Below, one piece after another: positions 9,275 through 16,514 of a DNA stretch of 64,000 nucleotides (position 1 is the stretch's first letter; each line of letters opens with the position of its first letter). A program made the translations under genes and the position numbers. The stretch comes from an uncultured Candidatus Saccharibacteria bacterium (GTDB lineage Bacteria > Patescibacteriota > Minisyncoccia > Phycocordibacterales > UBA918), in NCBI GenBank assembly GCA_964611205.1, contig CAZSZB010000002.1, forward strand, positions 74,609 to 138,608, given 5' to 3'. The notes below the pieces were generated by a model that was not told where the DNA came from, ran no database searches, and saw nothing but the letters and a program-made list of their open reading frames with translations.

Positions 9275-10681
9275 TTAGATAGAAAAATTCTTCATAGAAT
9301 ATAAATCTTCTTCCTCGTCATCTTTTGCAACTACCTCAGTCTTATTGAACATAGCCTGTGGGTTTGCCGGAGGAGTGTATTGCTTCTCCCTTTCGTGCAG
9401 ATTATTTATTTGTCTTTCTACCTCATTTCTAGTTGCCACAGAATTCTCTATTTTTTCTTCAGTGTTCGGACGGTAAACTTGGCTCCCCGCTTCTCTAGCA
9501 GCATTTAATATCTGTTCTTCGAGAGAAAGTTTTTCCTCGCTCAAGATCGATGATAAATCAGCACTTTCATCATTCTCTTCTGTCACTTCTTCATCGGCAG
9601 CTGTTTCTGAAACTGATTGTTCTACCTGACTGTATCGATTGTTAGTATCTTCCTCATTTATTTTAAGCTCAGGTGGATGAATTGTATTATCAACAAAACT
9701 ATTTGCCTCTTCATCTATTTCATCACTCACCTCCTCTAATTCGGGCGATTCGTCTACAATCTCTAACGGGGTACTGTGCCCCATCTCCTCCATTGTACGT
9801 ACCACTGTTGATTCTTCAGAGCTCTCAACTTCAGTTTCATTTACCTCAGGCTCATTTTTCTTATCTAAACTCGATAATAATTTTTGTAGATCTTCTTCTG
9901 AAAAATAATCGATGGTCACCTTTCCTCCATAGTCAGTCTTAGCTATCTGTACCCTAGTACCCAAAGCAACTGTAAATTTCTTTTCTATTTCTATCAAACG
10001 CGGGTCTGAACCCTTCCAGTTCTTTTTTCGTACTTTATCCGTAGCAATTTTCCGAACAATCTGTTCTACATCTCGCACCGATAATTTCTTCAACATTATC
10101 TCTCGAAATACCACATCTTGTTCTTCTGGACGATCTTTCAACATCAACAAAGTTCGGGCATGACCTTCGTTGACATCACCTTTTTTCAAAGCCTCCAAGA
10201 TTACATCTGGTAATCCGAGCAGACGAATGGTGTTTGAAACATACATTCGTGAACGACCAACCTTTTTGGCCACTTGTTCGTGAGTGAGATTGAAAGCACT
10301 AGCCAATTGCTGGAAGGCTAAAGCCCTATCTACCGCATTTAGATCTTCACGCTGCAGGTTTTCAATAATCGCCAATTCCAACTTCTCTTGCTCTGAATCG
10401 TCGCTATCACGAATAATTACCGGCACTTGAGCTAAACCAGCTAAACGAGACGCTCGCAAGCGGCGCTCTCCGGCTATCAACTCATATTCATTACGAAAAG
10501 CACCATCCTCTAACTGAATCTCTTTTCTAGTAACAGTCAGTGGCTGCAAGATGCCGTACATACGGACAGATTCAGCCAACTCTCGAAGCTTGTCTTCATT
10601 AAATTCCCGCCGTGGTTGGTACGGATTAGGTACTATTTTTCCTACTTCTACCCAAAAAATTGAATCTCCTTGAAATGCCAT
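9275..10681 (-). CDS. parB: ParB/Spo0J-like partition protein with a long acidic C-terminal extension
   Basis: The N-terminal half carries VPNPYQPRREF and ELIAGERRLRASRLAGL (ParB box). The C-terminal ~230 aa is acidic and low-complexity (EEVSDEIDEEANSF..., DEEVTEENDESADL...). Confidence 0.8.
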   Translation of the reverse strand: MAFQGDSIFWVEVGKIVPNPYQPRREFNEDKLRELAESVRMYGILQPLTVTRKEIQLEDGAFRNEYELIAGERRLRASRLAGLAQVPVIIRDSDDSEQEKLELAIIENLQREDLNAVDRALAFQQLASAFNLTHEQVAKKVGRSRMYVSNTIRLLGLPDVILEALKKGDVNEGHARTLLMLKDRPEEQDVVFREIMLKKLSVRDVEQIVRKIATDKVRKKNWKGSDPRLIEIEKKFTVALGTRVQIAKTDYGGKVTIDYFSEEDLQKLLSSLDKKNEPEVNETEVESSEESTVVRTMEEMGHSTPLEIVDESPELEEVSDEIDEEANSFVDNTIHPPELKINEEDTNNRYSQVEQSVSETAADEEVTEENDESADLSSILSEEKLSLEEQILNAAREAGSQVYRPNTEEKIENSVATRNEVERQINNLHEREKQYTPPANPQAMFNKTEVVAKDDEEEDLYSMKNFSI

Positions 10682-10829
10682 AACAAATTTAATCTACGCT
10701 GAAAAAACGAATAGTTTAATTACCACACCCTTTTATTGAACCATTTTAACACAACTATTTCCCCTGGGTGTTTATAACTTACAATTTTTCTGTTACACTC
10801 TTTGTTGCCAATTACGACTATAGGCAATC

Positions 10830-10911
10830 GCTGGAGTGGCGGAATTGGTATACGCGATGGATTCAAAACCCATTGCCTTCGGGCTTGAGGGTTCAAGTCC
10901 CTCCTCCAGCA
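10830..10911 (+). tRNA. tRNA-Leu (anticodon CAA), type II
   Basis: Acceptor GCTGGAG/CTCCAGC. D-arm GGCGGAATTGGTA is the tRNA-Leu hallmark. Anticodon loop TTCAAAA, variable-arm hairpin GCCTTCGGGC, T-loop GGGTTCAAGTCCC. CCA is not encoded. Confidence 0.8.
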
Positions 10912-10916
10912 CAAAT

Positions 10917-10958
10917 AACAAAACACTTTCCATAAAAGAAAGTGTTTTGTTATTTTCA
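10917..10958 (+). terminator. rho-independent terminator after tRNA-Leu(CAA)
   Basis: AACAAAACACTTTC-cataaaa-GAAAGTGTTTTGTT: a perfect 14-bp stem followed by ATTTTCAT. Confidence 0.65.
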
Positions 10959-11012
10959 TATCACTAAGTAACTACGAGTTATTTTGAACAACATTGAGAT
11001 ATAATTAAAGTA

Positions 11013-11660
11013 GTGACTAATTTTGAAAAACAGATCCTTGCTTACATTGTAGGGGTAGCATTAGGAGACGGCAATCTGTCCTGTCCAAACAAACGAACCA
11101 CGAGGCTCAGAATAACCTGTGATAATGCATACCCTAAATTAGGAAGAGAGATAAAGACTGCCCTCAGATTTCTTTTTCCCACAAATAAGATTTCGTACGT
11201 TAAAAGAAAAGAAACAAATTGCTTTGACATAAGTGTTTATTCCAATAGATTAAATGAGTATATTCCCTGGAAAGTCGGGCTCGGCCCTAAACATGTACAA
11301 AATGCACATGTACCAAGCTGGATATTGGAGAATGCTAAATATATCCGTCCCTGTCTTAAAGGTCTTATACAAACGGACGGTAGTATCTACAAAGATAGGG
11401 GCTATCTAATGGTAAATTTTAATAGCATTATTCAAATACTAGCTAACGATGTTAAGAACATGATGGAACAAATAGGCTACACTCCCCATATTTATAAGTC
11501 TATGCAAAATCAGGACGGCACAAATATACCATTCGTTTATCTAAGGATGTTCAAAATTTCATTCAAGAAATTAATCTTTCTAAAAAGTAATTCTTTAAAA
11601 CTTTTACTTATAATTTTCTTTATGAACAAAAAAGCATCCTTAGGGACGCTTTTCATTTAA
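11013..11660 (+). CDS. free-standing double-motif LAGLIDADG homing endonuclease
   Basis: Two LAGLIDADG motifs: LAYIVGVALGDGNL and LKGLIQTDGSIYKD. The gene is AT-rich and lies immediately downstream of tRNA-Leu(CAA). Confidence 0.8.
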   Translation: MTNFEKQILAYIVGVALGDGNLSCPNKRTTRLRITCDNAYPKLGREIKTALRFLFPTNKISYVKRKETNCFDISVYSNRLNEYIPWKVGLGPKHVQNAHVPSWILENAKYIRPCLKGLIQTDGSIYKDRGYLMVNFNSIIQILANDVKNMMEQIGYTPHIYKSMQNQDGTNIPFVYLRMFKISFKKLIFLKSNSLKLLLIIFFMNKKASLGTLFI

Positions 11661-11669
11661 GGCAAAACT

Positions 11670-12269
11670 TTATATCTTCCCAACCAAATCGACTCCTGGA
11701 GAAAGAGTGTCATCACCCTCATTCCAAGCAGCTGGACAGACATTGTTAGGATGTTCACCTACAAATTTTGCCGCTTTTAGTTTGCGTAAGGTCTCTTTAC
11801 CGGAACGGCCAATCGCATCATCGTGGATTTCTACTGTTTTAATCACTCCGTCTGGAGAGATTATAAAGGTCCCCCGTCTAGCCAACCCCTCTTCTTCTAT
11901 TAAGACACCGAACAAGTCTGATAGTACATGAGCAGGATCTGCTGCCATTGGATAAGTGACTTTTTTGATAGTTTCTGAAGCATCGAACCAGGCCTTGTGA
12001 ACAAAAGCTGTATCAGTTGAAACAGACACGACCTCGGCTCCTAATTCTTTAAAAGAGTCATACAGGTCTGCCATTTCACCTAGTTCAGTCGGACAAACAA
12101 AAGTAAAGTCAGCTGGATAAAAAAATAAAACTGTCCACTTCCCTCTTAAGTCCTTAAAACTCAATTCCGAGATATCACCATCTTTAAAAACAGAAAAAGT
12201 TAATTCTTCTGGCACAACATCACCAACCGTCAGTGGTGCAAATCCACTTTCGAACATATAATCTTCCAT
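11670..12269 (-). CDS. peroxiredoxin (AhpC/Prx1 family)
   Basis: ADFTFVCPTEL peroxidatic-cysteine motif and a thioredoxin fold. 199 aa. Confidence 0.9.
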   Translation of the reverse strand: MEDYMFESGFAPLTVGDVVPEELTFSVFKDGDISELSFKDLRGKWTVLFFYPADFTFVCPTELGEMADLYDSFKELGAEVVSVSTDTAFVHKAWFDASETIKKVTYPMAADPAHVLSDLFGVLIEEEGLARRGTFIISPDGVIKTVEIHDDAIGRSGKETLRKLKAAKFVGEHPNNVCPAAWNEGDDTLSPGVDLVGKI

Positions 12270-12302
12270 AATTCAAATACAACTAGGCTTTTAACGAGGG
12301 TA

Positions 12303-13232
12303 ATGATAACATGCCCAGAATATATGATAAGTAGTAAGCCAAAAATCGTGGTTGTGGTAGGACCTACCGCCTCCGGCAAGACCGCACTCGCTATCAATAT
12401 CGCTAAAAAATTTAGTGGTGAAGTGATATCTTCAGATTCACGACAAGTCTATACCGGTCTTGATATCGGAACAGAAAAAGTCACCCCGGAAGAAATGTCC
12501 AACATTCCTCACCATTTAATAGATATAGTCGAACCAAAAATTATCTACACGGCTTTTGATTTTAAAAAGGATGCAGAAAAAGCCATCCAAGATATCCAGC
12601 AGCGAGGTAAACTCCCTATTATTGCCGGCGGTACTTTCTTTTATTTAGACATATTGCTCGGCCGCATCAAAACCCCTAAAGTGCCTCCAAATCCAGAATT
12701 AAGAGTCGAATTAGAAAAACTAGATACTGCAAGTCTTTATAAGAGACTCGAAGCGTTAGATCCAAGAAGGGCTAGTACTATCGACTCTCAAAATCATAGA
12801 CGTTTAATACGAGCAATTGAAATTGCTAACAGCTTAGGAGAGGTACCAAAACTCAAATCTATCGATTGTCCTTATGAAGTTTTAATGATTGGGATAAATA
12901 CTGATAAACAAGAATTACGAACTCGTTTAAGAAAACGGGCCGAAGAAGCTCTGACAAAAGGCTTAGTCGAGGAAACAGAACAATTACTAAAAACTGGGGT
13001 AAGCAGAGAAAGGTTATCAGAAATTGGCCTGGAGTATCGAGTGGTCCTAGACTATTTAGACAACAAACTATCTCCCGAGGAATTAATACAGAAACTTGAG
13101 GAAAAAAATTGGCAGTATGCCAAAAAACAATTGCTGTGGTTGAAAAATGATGAGTCGATCGAATGGTTCAACCCTGAACAAGCGGAAGATATACTAAACC
13201 GAGTAGCAGAGTGGTTACAGGATTCTGAATAA
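12303..13232 (+). CDS. miaA: tRNA dimethylallyltransferase
   Basis: VVGPTASGKTALAI P-loop and DSRQVYTGLDIGTEK. The start may be the in-frame ATG at 12324 (MISSKPK...). Confidence 0.9.
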   Translation: MITCPEYMISSKPKIVVVVGPTASGKTALAINIAKKFSGEVISSDSRQVYTGLDIGTEKVTPEEMSNIPHHLIDIVEPKIIYTAFDFKKDAEKAIQDIQQRGKLPIIAGGTFFYLDILLGRIKTPKVPPNPELRVELEKLDTASLYKRLEALDPRRASTIDSQNHRRLIRAIEIANSLGEVPKLKSIDCPYEVLMIGINTDKQELRTRLRKRAEEALTKGLVEETEQLLKTGVSRERLSEIGLEYRVVLDYLDNKLSPEELIQKLEEKNWQYAKKQLLWLKNDESIEWFNPEQAEDILNRVAEWLQDSE

Positions 13233-13431
13233 AAAATATTTTTCATAAGGTGCTGTACAAGAACATAACATCTTATAAAATAGCCTCTCGCATAATATCA
13301 AACAAGTATAATTAACAAATTCCACTATCATATATGATAGTGGAATTTGTTCATTAGAAACGTACTTCCTACAATATGGCAGTTTGATTTTTACACCTTT
13401 TTCCCATACTATGATAGCCGTTAACAAAACG

Positions 13432-13460
13432 ATATCGGGCCTATAGTTTAGTGGTAAGAA
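13432..13460 (+). repeat. duplicated 5' fragment of tRNA-Trp (about 29 nt)
   Basis: ATATCGGGCCTATAGTTTAGTGGTA(A)GAA is identical to 13591-13618. No 3' acceptor partner lies downstream, so it is not a complete tRNA. Confidence 0.7.
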
Positions 13461-13595
13461 ATTTGAAGGAACTTCAATTTCTTTCTTTCTGCTCTCACTC
13501 AAAAATGTAAGCAAGCTTCCATTTCTCTCGTATCGTTTGAAAGTAGAATTCCTATCGAGAAAACAGGTCTTGTACAGTTAACAAAAATAAATATC

Positions 13596-13666
13596 GGGCC
13601 TATAGTTTAGTGGTAGAATTCTGGTCTCCAAAACCAGCGGCCGTGGTTCGAGTCCACGTGGGCCCG
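13596..13666 (+). tRNA. tRNA-Trp (anticodon CCA)
   Basis: Acceptor GGGCCTA/TGGGCCC, anticodon stem CTGGT/ACCAG, loop CTCCAAA, T-loop GGTTCGAGTCC. Confidence 0.85.
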
Positions 13667-13676
13667 CCGAGGTAAA

Positions 13677-13711
13677 GAAAAAAGTCAAAGCATGTGCTTT
13701 GACTTTTTTCT
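13677..13711. terminator. terminator hairpin after tRNA-Trp
   Basis: AAAAAAGTCAAAGCA-tg-TGCTTTGACTTTTTT: an 11-13 bp perfect stem flanked by A and T runs, so it can act in both directions. Confidence 0.6.
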
Positions 13712-13920
13712 TTAGAAAGCAAACTTCTTTGCTTTCGTGCCTCGGCGGGAGCCGCAGACATGTTTCTGGCTCATTTCCTAGAGCCAGAAACGGTCGAGGG
13801 GGGGGTCGCGAGTACTTAGCAAAATATCTATGGGGTAGATATTTTGGTTAGTAACTCGTGACCGCAAGCGGGAGGGAGAACACTTGCTAGTTTATGAAAA
13901 TATGAAATGTAACTGAACCT

Positions 13921-14385
13921 CTACCAAGCACCACTGGCTCCACTATTTTTACTATCCTCCAAAGGATCGACTATTTTACCGCAGGTAACAGGCTCCCAAA
14001 CACCATAGTCACTGCCTGTTAAAGTCTTAATGATTGTGTCTACAATCACCCAAGCGGCCAACATAATAACAAAACCGATCAAAACATTGGTAATCATTTC
14101 TTTAGCTTTCTGCAGAGCACCCGGGTCCCCTCCTGAAGTCACCAATCTAAAGCCAGCAAAAACCAGTACGAACACCGCTACCAAAGTCATGATGGAAATA
14201 ATCCAAGCAATCACTCCATTAACCATGGCGAAGAAGGTACAGAAATTACAATCTGGACCACTGCAAGTTACTAAACCTTGAGCCTCATCTGCACCAACCG
14301 AAATTGGAATAATAAAAAATAAAGCGAGAACACTAAATAAAATAATTTGTCTCATATAATATCTGTATATGTTACACCAAACCAC
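13921..14385 (-). CDS. T4SS-pilin-like (TrbC/VirB2-like) small membrane protein, paralog of the 33360-34912 cluster
   Basis: A signal peptide (MRQIILFSVLALFFIIPISVGA) is followed by two hydrophobic helices separated by a short Gly-rich turn (AGFRLVTSGGDPGALQKAKEMITNVLIGFVIMLAAWVI). The architecture matches the other four paralogs. Confidence 0.45.
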   Translation of the reverse strand: MVWCNIYRYYMRQIILFSVLALFFIIPISVGADEAQGLVTCSGPDCNFCTFFAMVNGVIAWIISIMTLVAVFVLVFAGFRLVTSGGDPGALQKAKEMITNVLIGFVIMLAAWVIVDTIIKTLTGSDYGVWEPVTCGKIVDPLEDSKNSGASGAW

Positions 14386-14478
14386 CTCTACTTAAAACCA
14401 TAAGTTGCTTATAAACAAACCTTCAAGTCTTTGCTAACAACAGACAATATGGTACCTTATACGCCACACGAGTGTGAC

Positions 14479-14496
14479 GCGTCGGTGGCGGAGCGG
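14479..14496 (+). repeat. duplicated 5' fragment of tRNA-Tyr (18 nt)
   Basis: GCGTCGGTGGCGGAGCGG is identical to the first 18 nt of tRNA-Tyr at 14650. It is followed by an unrelated perfect 12-bp hairpin (ATGAAAAGTGAA...TTCACTTTTCAT). Confidence 0.7.
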
Positions 14497-14649
14497 ATGA
14501 AAAGTGAAAGACTTCACTTTTCATCCGGTCTGCGAACGATAGTGAGCAGATTGGTCGTTATGAGTAGAAGCGAAGCTCTACGAATAGACCAAAGGTGGAA
14601 ACGAGGTCCAATTTTCACCTTATAAATGTTTTAACGAAACTAAATAATT

Positions 14650-14732
14650 GCGTCGGTGGCGGAGCGGTCAATCGCGACGGACTGTAAATCCGTTGACTTA
14701 TGTCTACGCTGGTTCGAATCCAGCCCGGCGCA
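14650..14732 (+). tRNA. tRNA-Tyr (anticodon GTA), type II
   Basis: Acceptor GCGTCGG/CCGGCGC, anticodon stem ACGGA/TCCGT, loop CTGTAAA, long variable arm, T-loop GGTTCGAATCC. Confidence 0.85.
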
Positions 14733-14741
14733 CTTTCAAAG

Positions 14742-14776
14742 AAAATACCAGATCCTGTGTCTGGTATTTTCTTTTG
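14742..14776 (+). terminator. rho-independent terminator after tRNA-Tyr
   Basis: AAAATACCAGA-tcctgtg-TCTGGTATTTT followed by CTTTTG. Confidence 0.6.
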
Positions 14777-15049
14777 AACAATGGTCATGGATTCGAACGG
14801 GCGGAGAATCTTGTTCGAGCCGAGCCTACAAGCGCTTGGTAGAATTGAACGAAGTGAAAAAATATCCAATTTGGATACTGGTCATGTAATAACCAAAATT
14901 CCTGCCCAGCGCACACACGAAATCGTCACTATTTATCAGGACTTTTTCTTTAGGGCAGGATGGAGTTCGAACCTAAATGTCTATACTTTTTATAAATTAG
15001 TGGTATAGTAAGAGATAAATTTCTCTGTTCCTCAAGAAAAAGGTGACTC

Positions 15050-15649
15050 ATGCTACTTGCAGAAAAACGCATCCGCCTCGACCGAATCAGCGCTATGCAG
15101 GCTGACAATCACGTCCAACTTTACGACCACCCTCATTTGCCCAATGCTGACTATGAAGCTGTCAATGGTTCGGTCTTCCTGGCTGGACCAACTTCTAGAG
15201 AATGCATTGCTGAGTACAACTGGCGCAGCGAAGCCACCTATTACCTGCGTAAGCAGGGATTCAAGGGGGTGATTTACGTACCCGAACCTGGTAAATCGGG
15301 TATTGCTCGCAGCGGCGATTTCACCGAGAAGGAATTCATTCATCGCTGGGAGTCAGATCGGCTCCTTTCGGCCACCTATGTGGTGTTCTGGATTCCACGC
15401 AACAAGCACGAACTTCTCGGACTGAACACAAACCTCGAGTTCGGAATTTGGCTCGGGAAACTCTCACACCTACCACAAAAGGAACGGGTGCGAAAGCTGT
15501 TCATCGGCTGGCCTAATACTGCCGAGCGCATGGGGCTCCCCCGCCACTACGCTGCTGACCACCCTGAAACTGGTGGTTACCACATCTACGGCAGCCTGGA
15601 CAACCTGTGCGAAGCTATTCACATGACCCATACCAACCACAACACCTGA
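15050..15649 (+). CDS. hypothetical protein on a high-GC island; weakly nucleoside 2-deoxyribosyltransferase-like
   Basis: 199 aa. The VFLAGPTS motif resembles the xYLAGP motif of the N-deoxyribosyltransferase-like Rossmann fold. GC is visibly higher than the flanks. The functional call is weak. Confidence 0.3.
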   Translation: MLLAEKRIRLDRISAMQADNHVQLYDHPHLPNADYEAVNGSVFLAGPTSRECIAEYNWRSEATYYLRKQGFKGVIYVPEPGKSGIARSGDFTEKEFIHRWESDRLLSATYVVFWIPRNKHELLGLNTNLEFGIWLGKLSHLPQKERVRKLFIGWPNTAERMGLPRHYAADHPETGGYHIYGSLDNLCEAIHMTHTNHNT

Positions 15650-15666
15650 CAACGCCGTCAACCAAC

Positions 15667-15700
15667 TGGAAAAGCCACTTGGAGGACGGCTTTTCTTTTA
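15667..15700 (+). terminator. terminator after 15050-15649
   Basis: AAAAGCC-acttggaggac-GGCTTTTCTTTT. Confidence 0.4.
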
Positions 15701-15900
15701 CCTTAAACTACCCTCTCCCGCACATACCCAGGCAAGAAATTATACTCATTTTCTATAATATTGGTTCTAACTTCTTGCCTTCCGGCGCACACAGATAAAA
15801 TTAAATGAAAAACAATATGTTTAATAATTTTATACCTTGACAGGCGGTCTATTTGTGTTAGAAATAGCGAGGACAAATGTACACCCAAAGGAGGGACTAG

Positions 15901-16326
15901 ATGAAAATCCTTACAACCCTGACGTTTTCCACCCTCTTCCTTTTTTCACCGGTAGGTGCTACCAAAACTGAGGCCCAGTGTCTCTTGTGCGGGGCTGTTG
16001 GATTTGCCATCGGCTCTATACCCAATGAGCAAACCCCTGTTGACGATGGTAACGTCATCTATGTGGCTCCTCGCATCAGCGAAAGAATCGCCAATCCGCT
16101 GGCTGTTCGTTTTGCTTCGTCAGCTATGATGAACTTTTCGAACGAACAAGGAGACCGGGGAGGAATGAAGAACAGTTCCCTGGAAGAAATCTTCGCCGCT
16201 ACTGTCGCCGACTACCAGAAATATACTTTGCTCGAGGTAAAGCGGATTATCAATCCGCAAAACTACGGCAAAGCACAGTTCCTGTTCGTCTATATTGAGA
16301 AAGACAAGATATCTCCTCTCAAGTAG
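15901..16326 (+). CDS. secreted hypothetical protein (signal peptide) on the same high-GC island
   Basis: MKILTTLTFSTLFLFSPVGA is a signal peptide. A canonical SD (AAAGGAGG) lies 6 nt upstream of the ATG, and a possible TTGACA -35 sits at 15836. GC is higher than the flanks. Confidence 0.5.
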   Translation: MKILTTLTFSTLFLFSPVGATKTEAQCLLCGAVGFAIGSIPNEQTPVDDGNVIYVAPRISERIANPLAVRFASSAMMNFSNEQGDRGGMKNSSLEEIFAATVADYQKYTLLEVKRIINPQNYGKAQFLFVYIEKDKISPLK

Positions 16327-16514
16327 TGCCGAGTCACAATTAAAAAACAATCTTCAGTCTCAAATATATCTAACACACTGGACTGATGAGACTGAAAATA
16401 TCACTTTGAACCGCTTCCATTCTGGGAGCGGTCTTCTTTATTTTTCGGTAAAATATTGTGTATAAACCTGTGCAAAACTCCTGCATAAAGCTGTGAAATT
16501 GGTAGAATTAAGTA

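Noticed and set aside
10720-10959. 79-aa ORF on the minus strand
   Set aside because: It covers tRNA-Leu(CAA) and its terminator entirely, so it is an artefact.
13740-13900. SRP RNA or tmRNA in the hairpin-rich region after tRNA-Trp
   Set aside because: The hallmark SRP domain IV GGAA-tetraloop/AGCAGC motifs and the tmRNA tRNA-like ends (GGGG…TTCGA…CCA) could not be found by eye. Only a generic structured region remains.
14775-15000. Possible minus-strand tRNAs suggested by GGATTCGAAC and GAGTTCGAACC T-loop-like strings
   Set aside because: The flanking bases cannot form T-stems or acceptor stems. They are interpreted as degenerate tRNA debris and noted under the island finding rather than called as genes.
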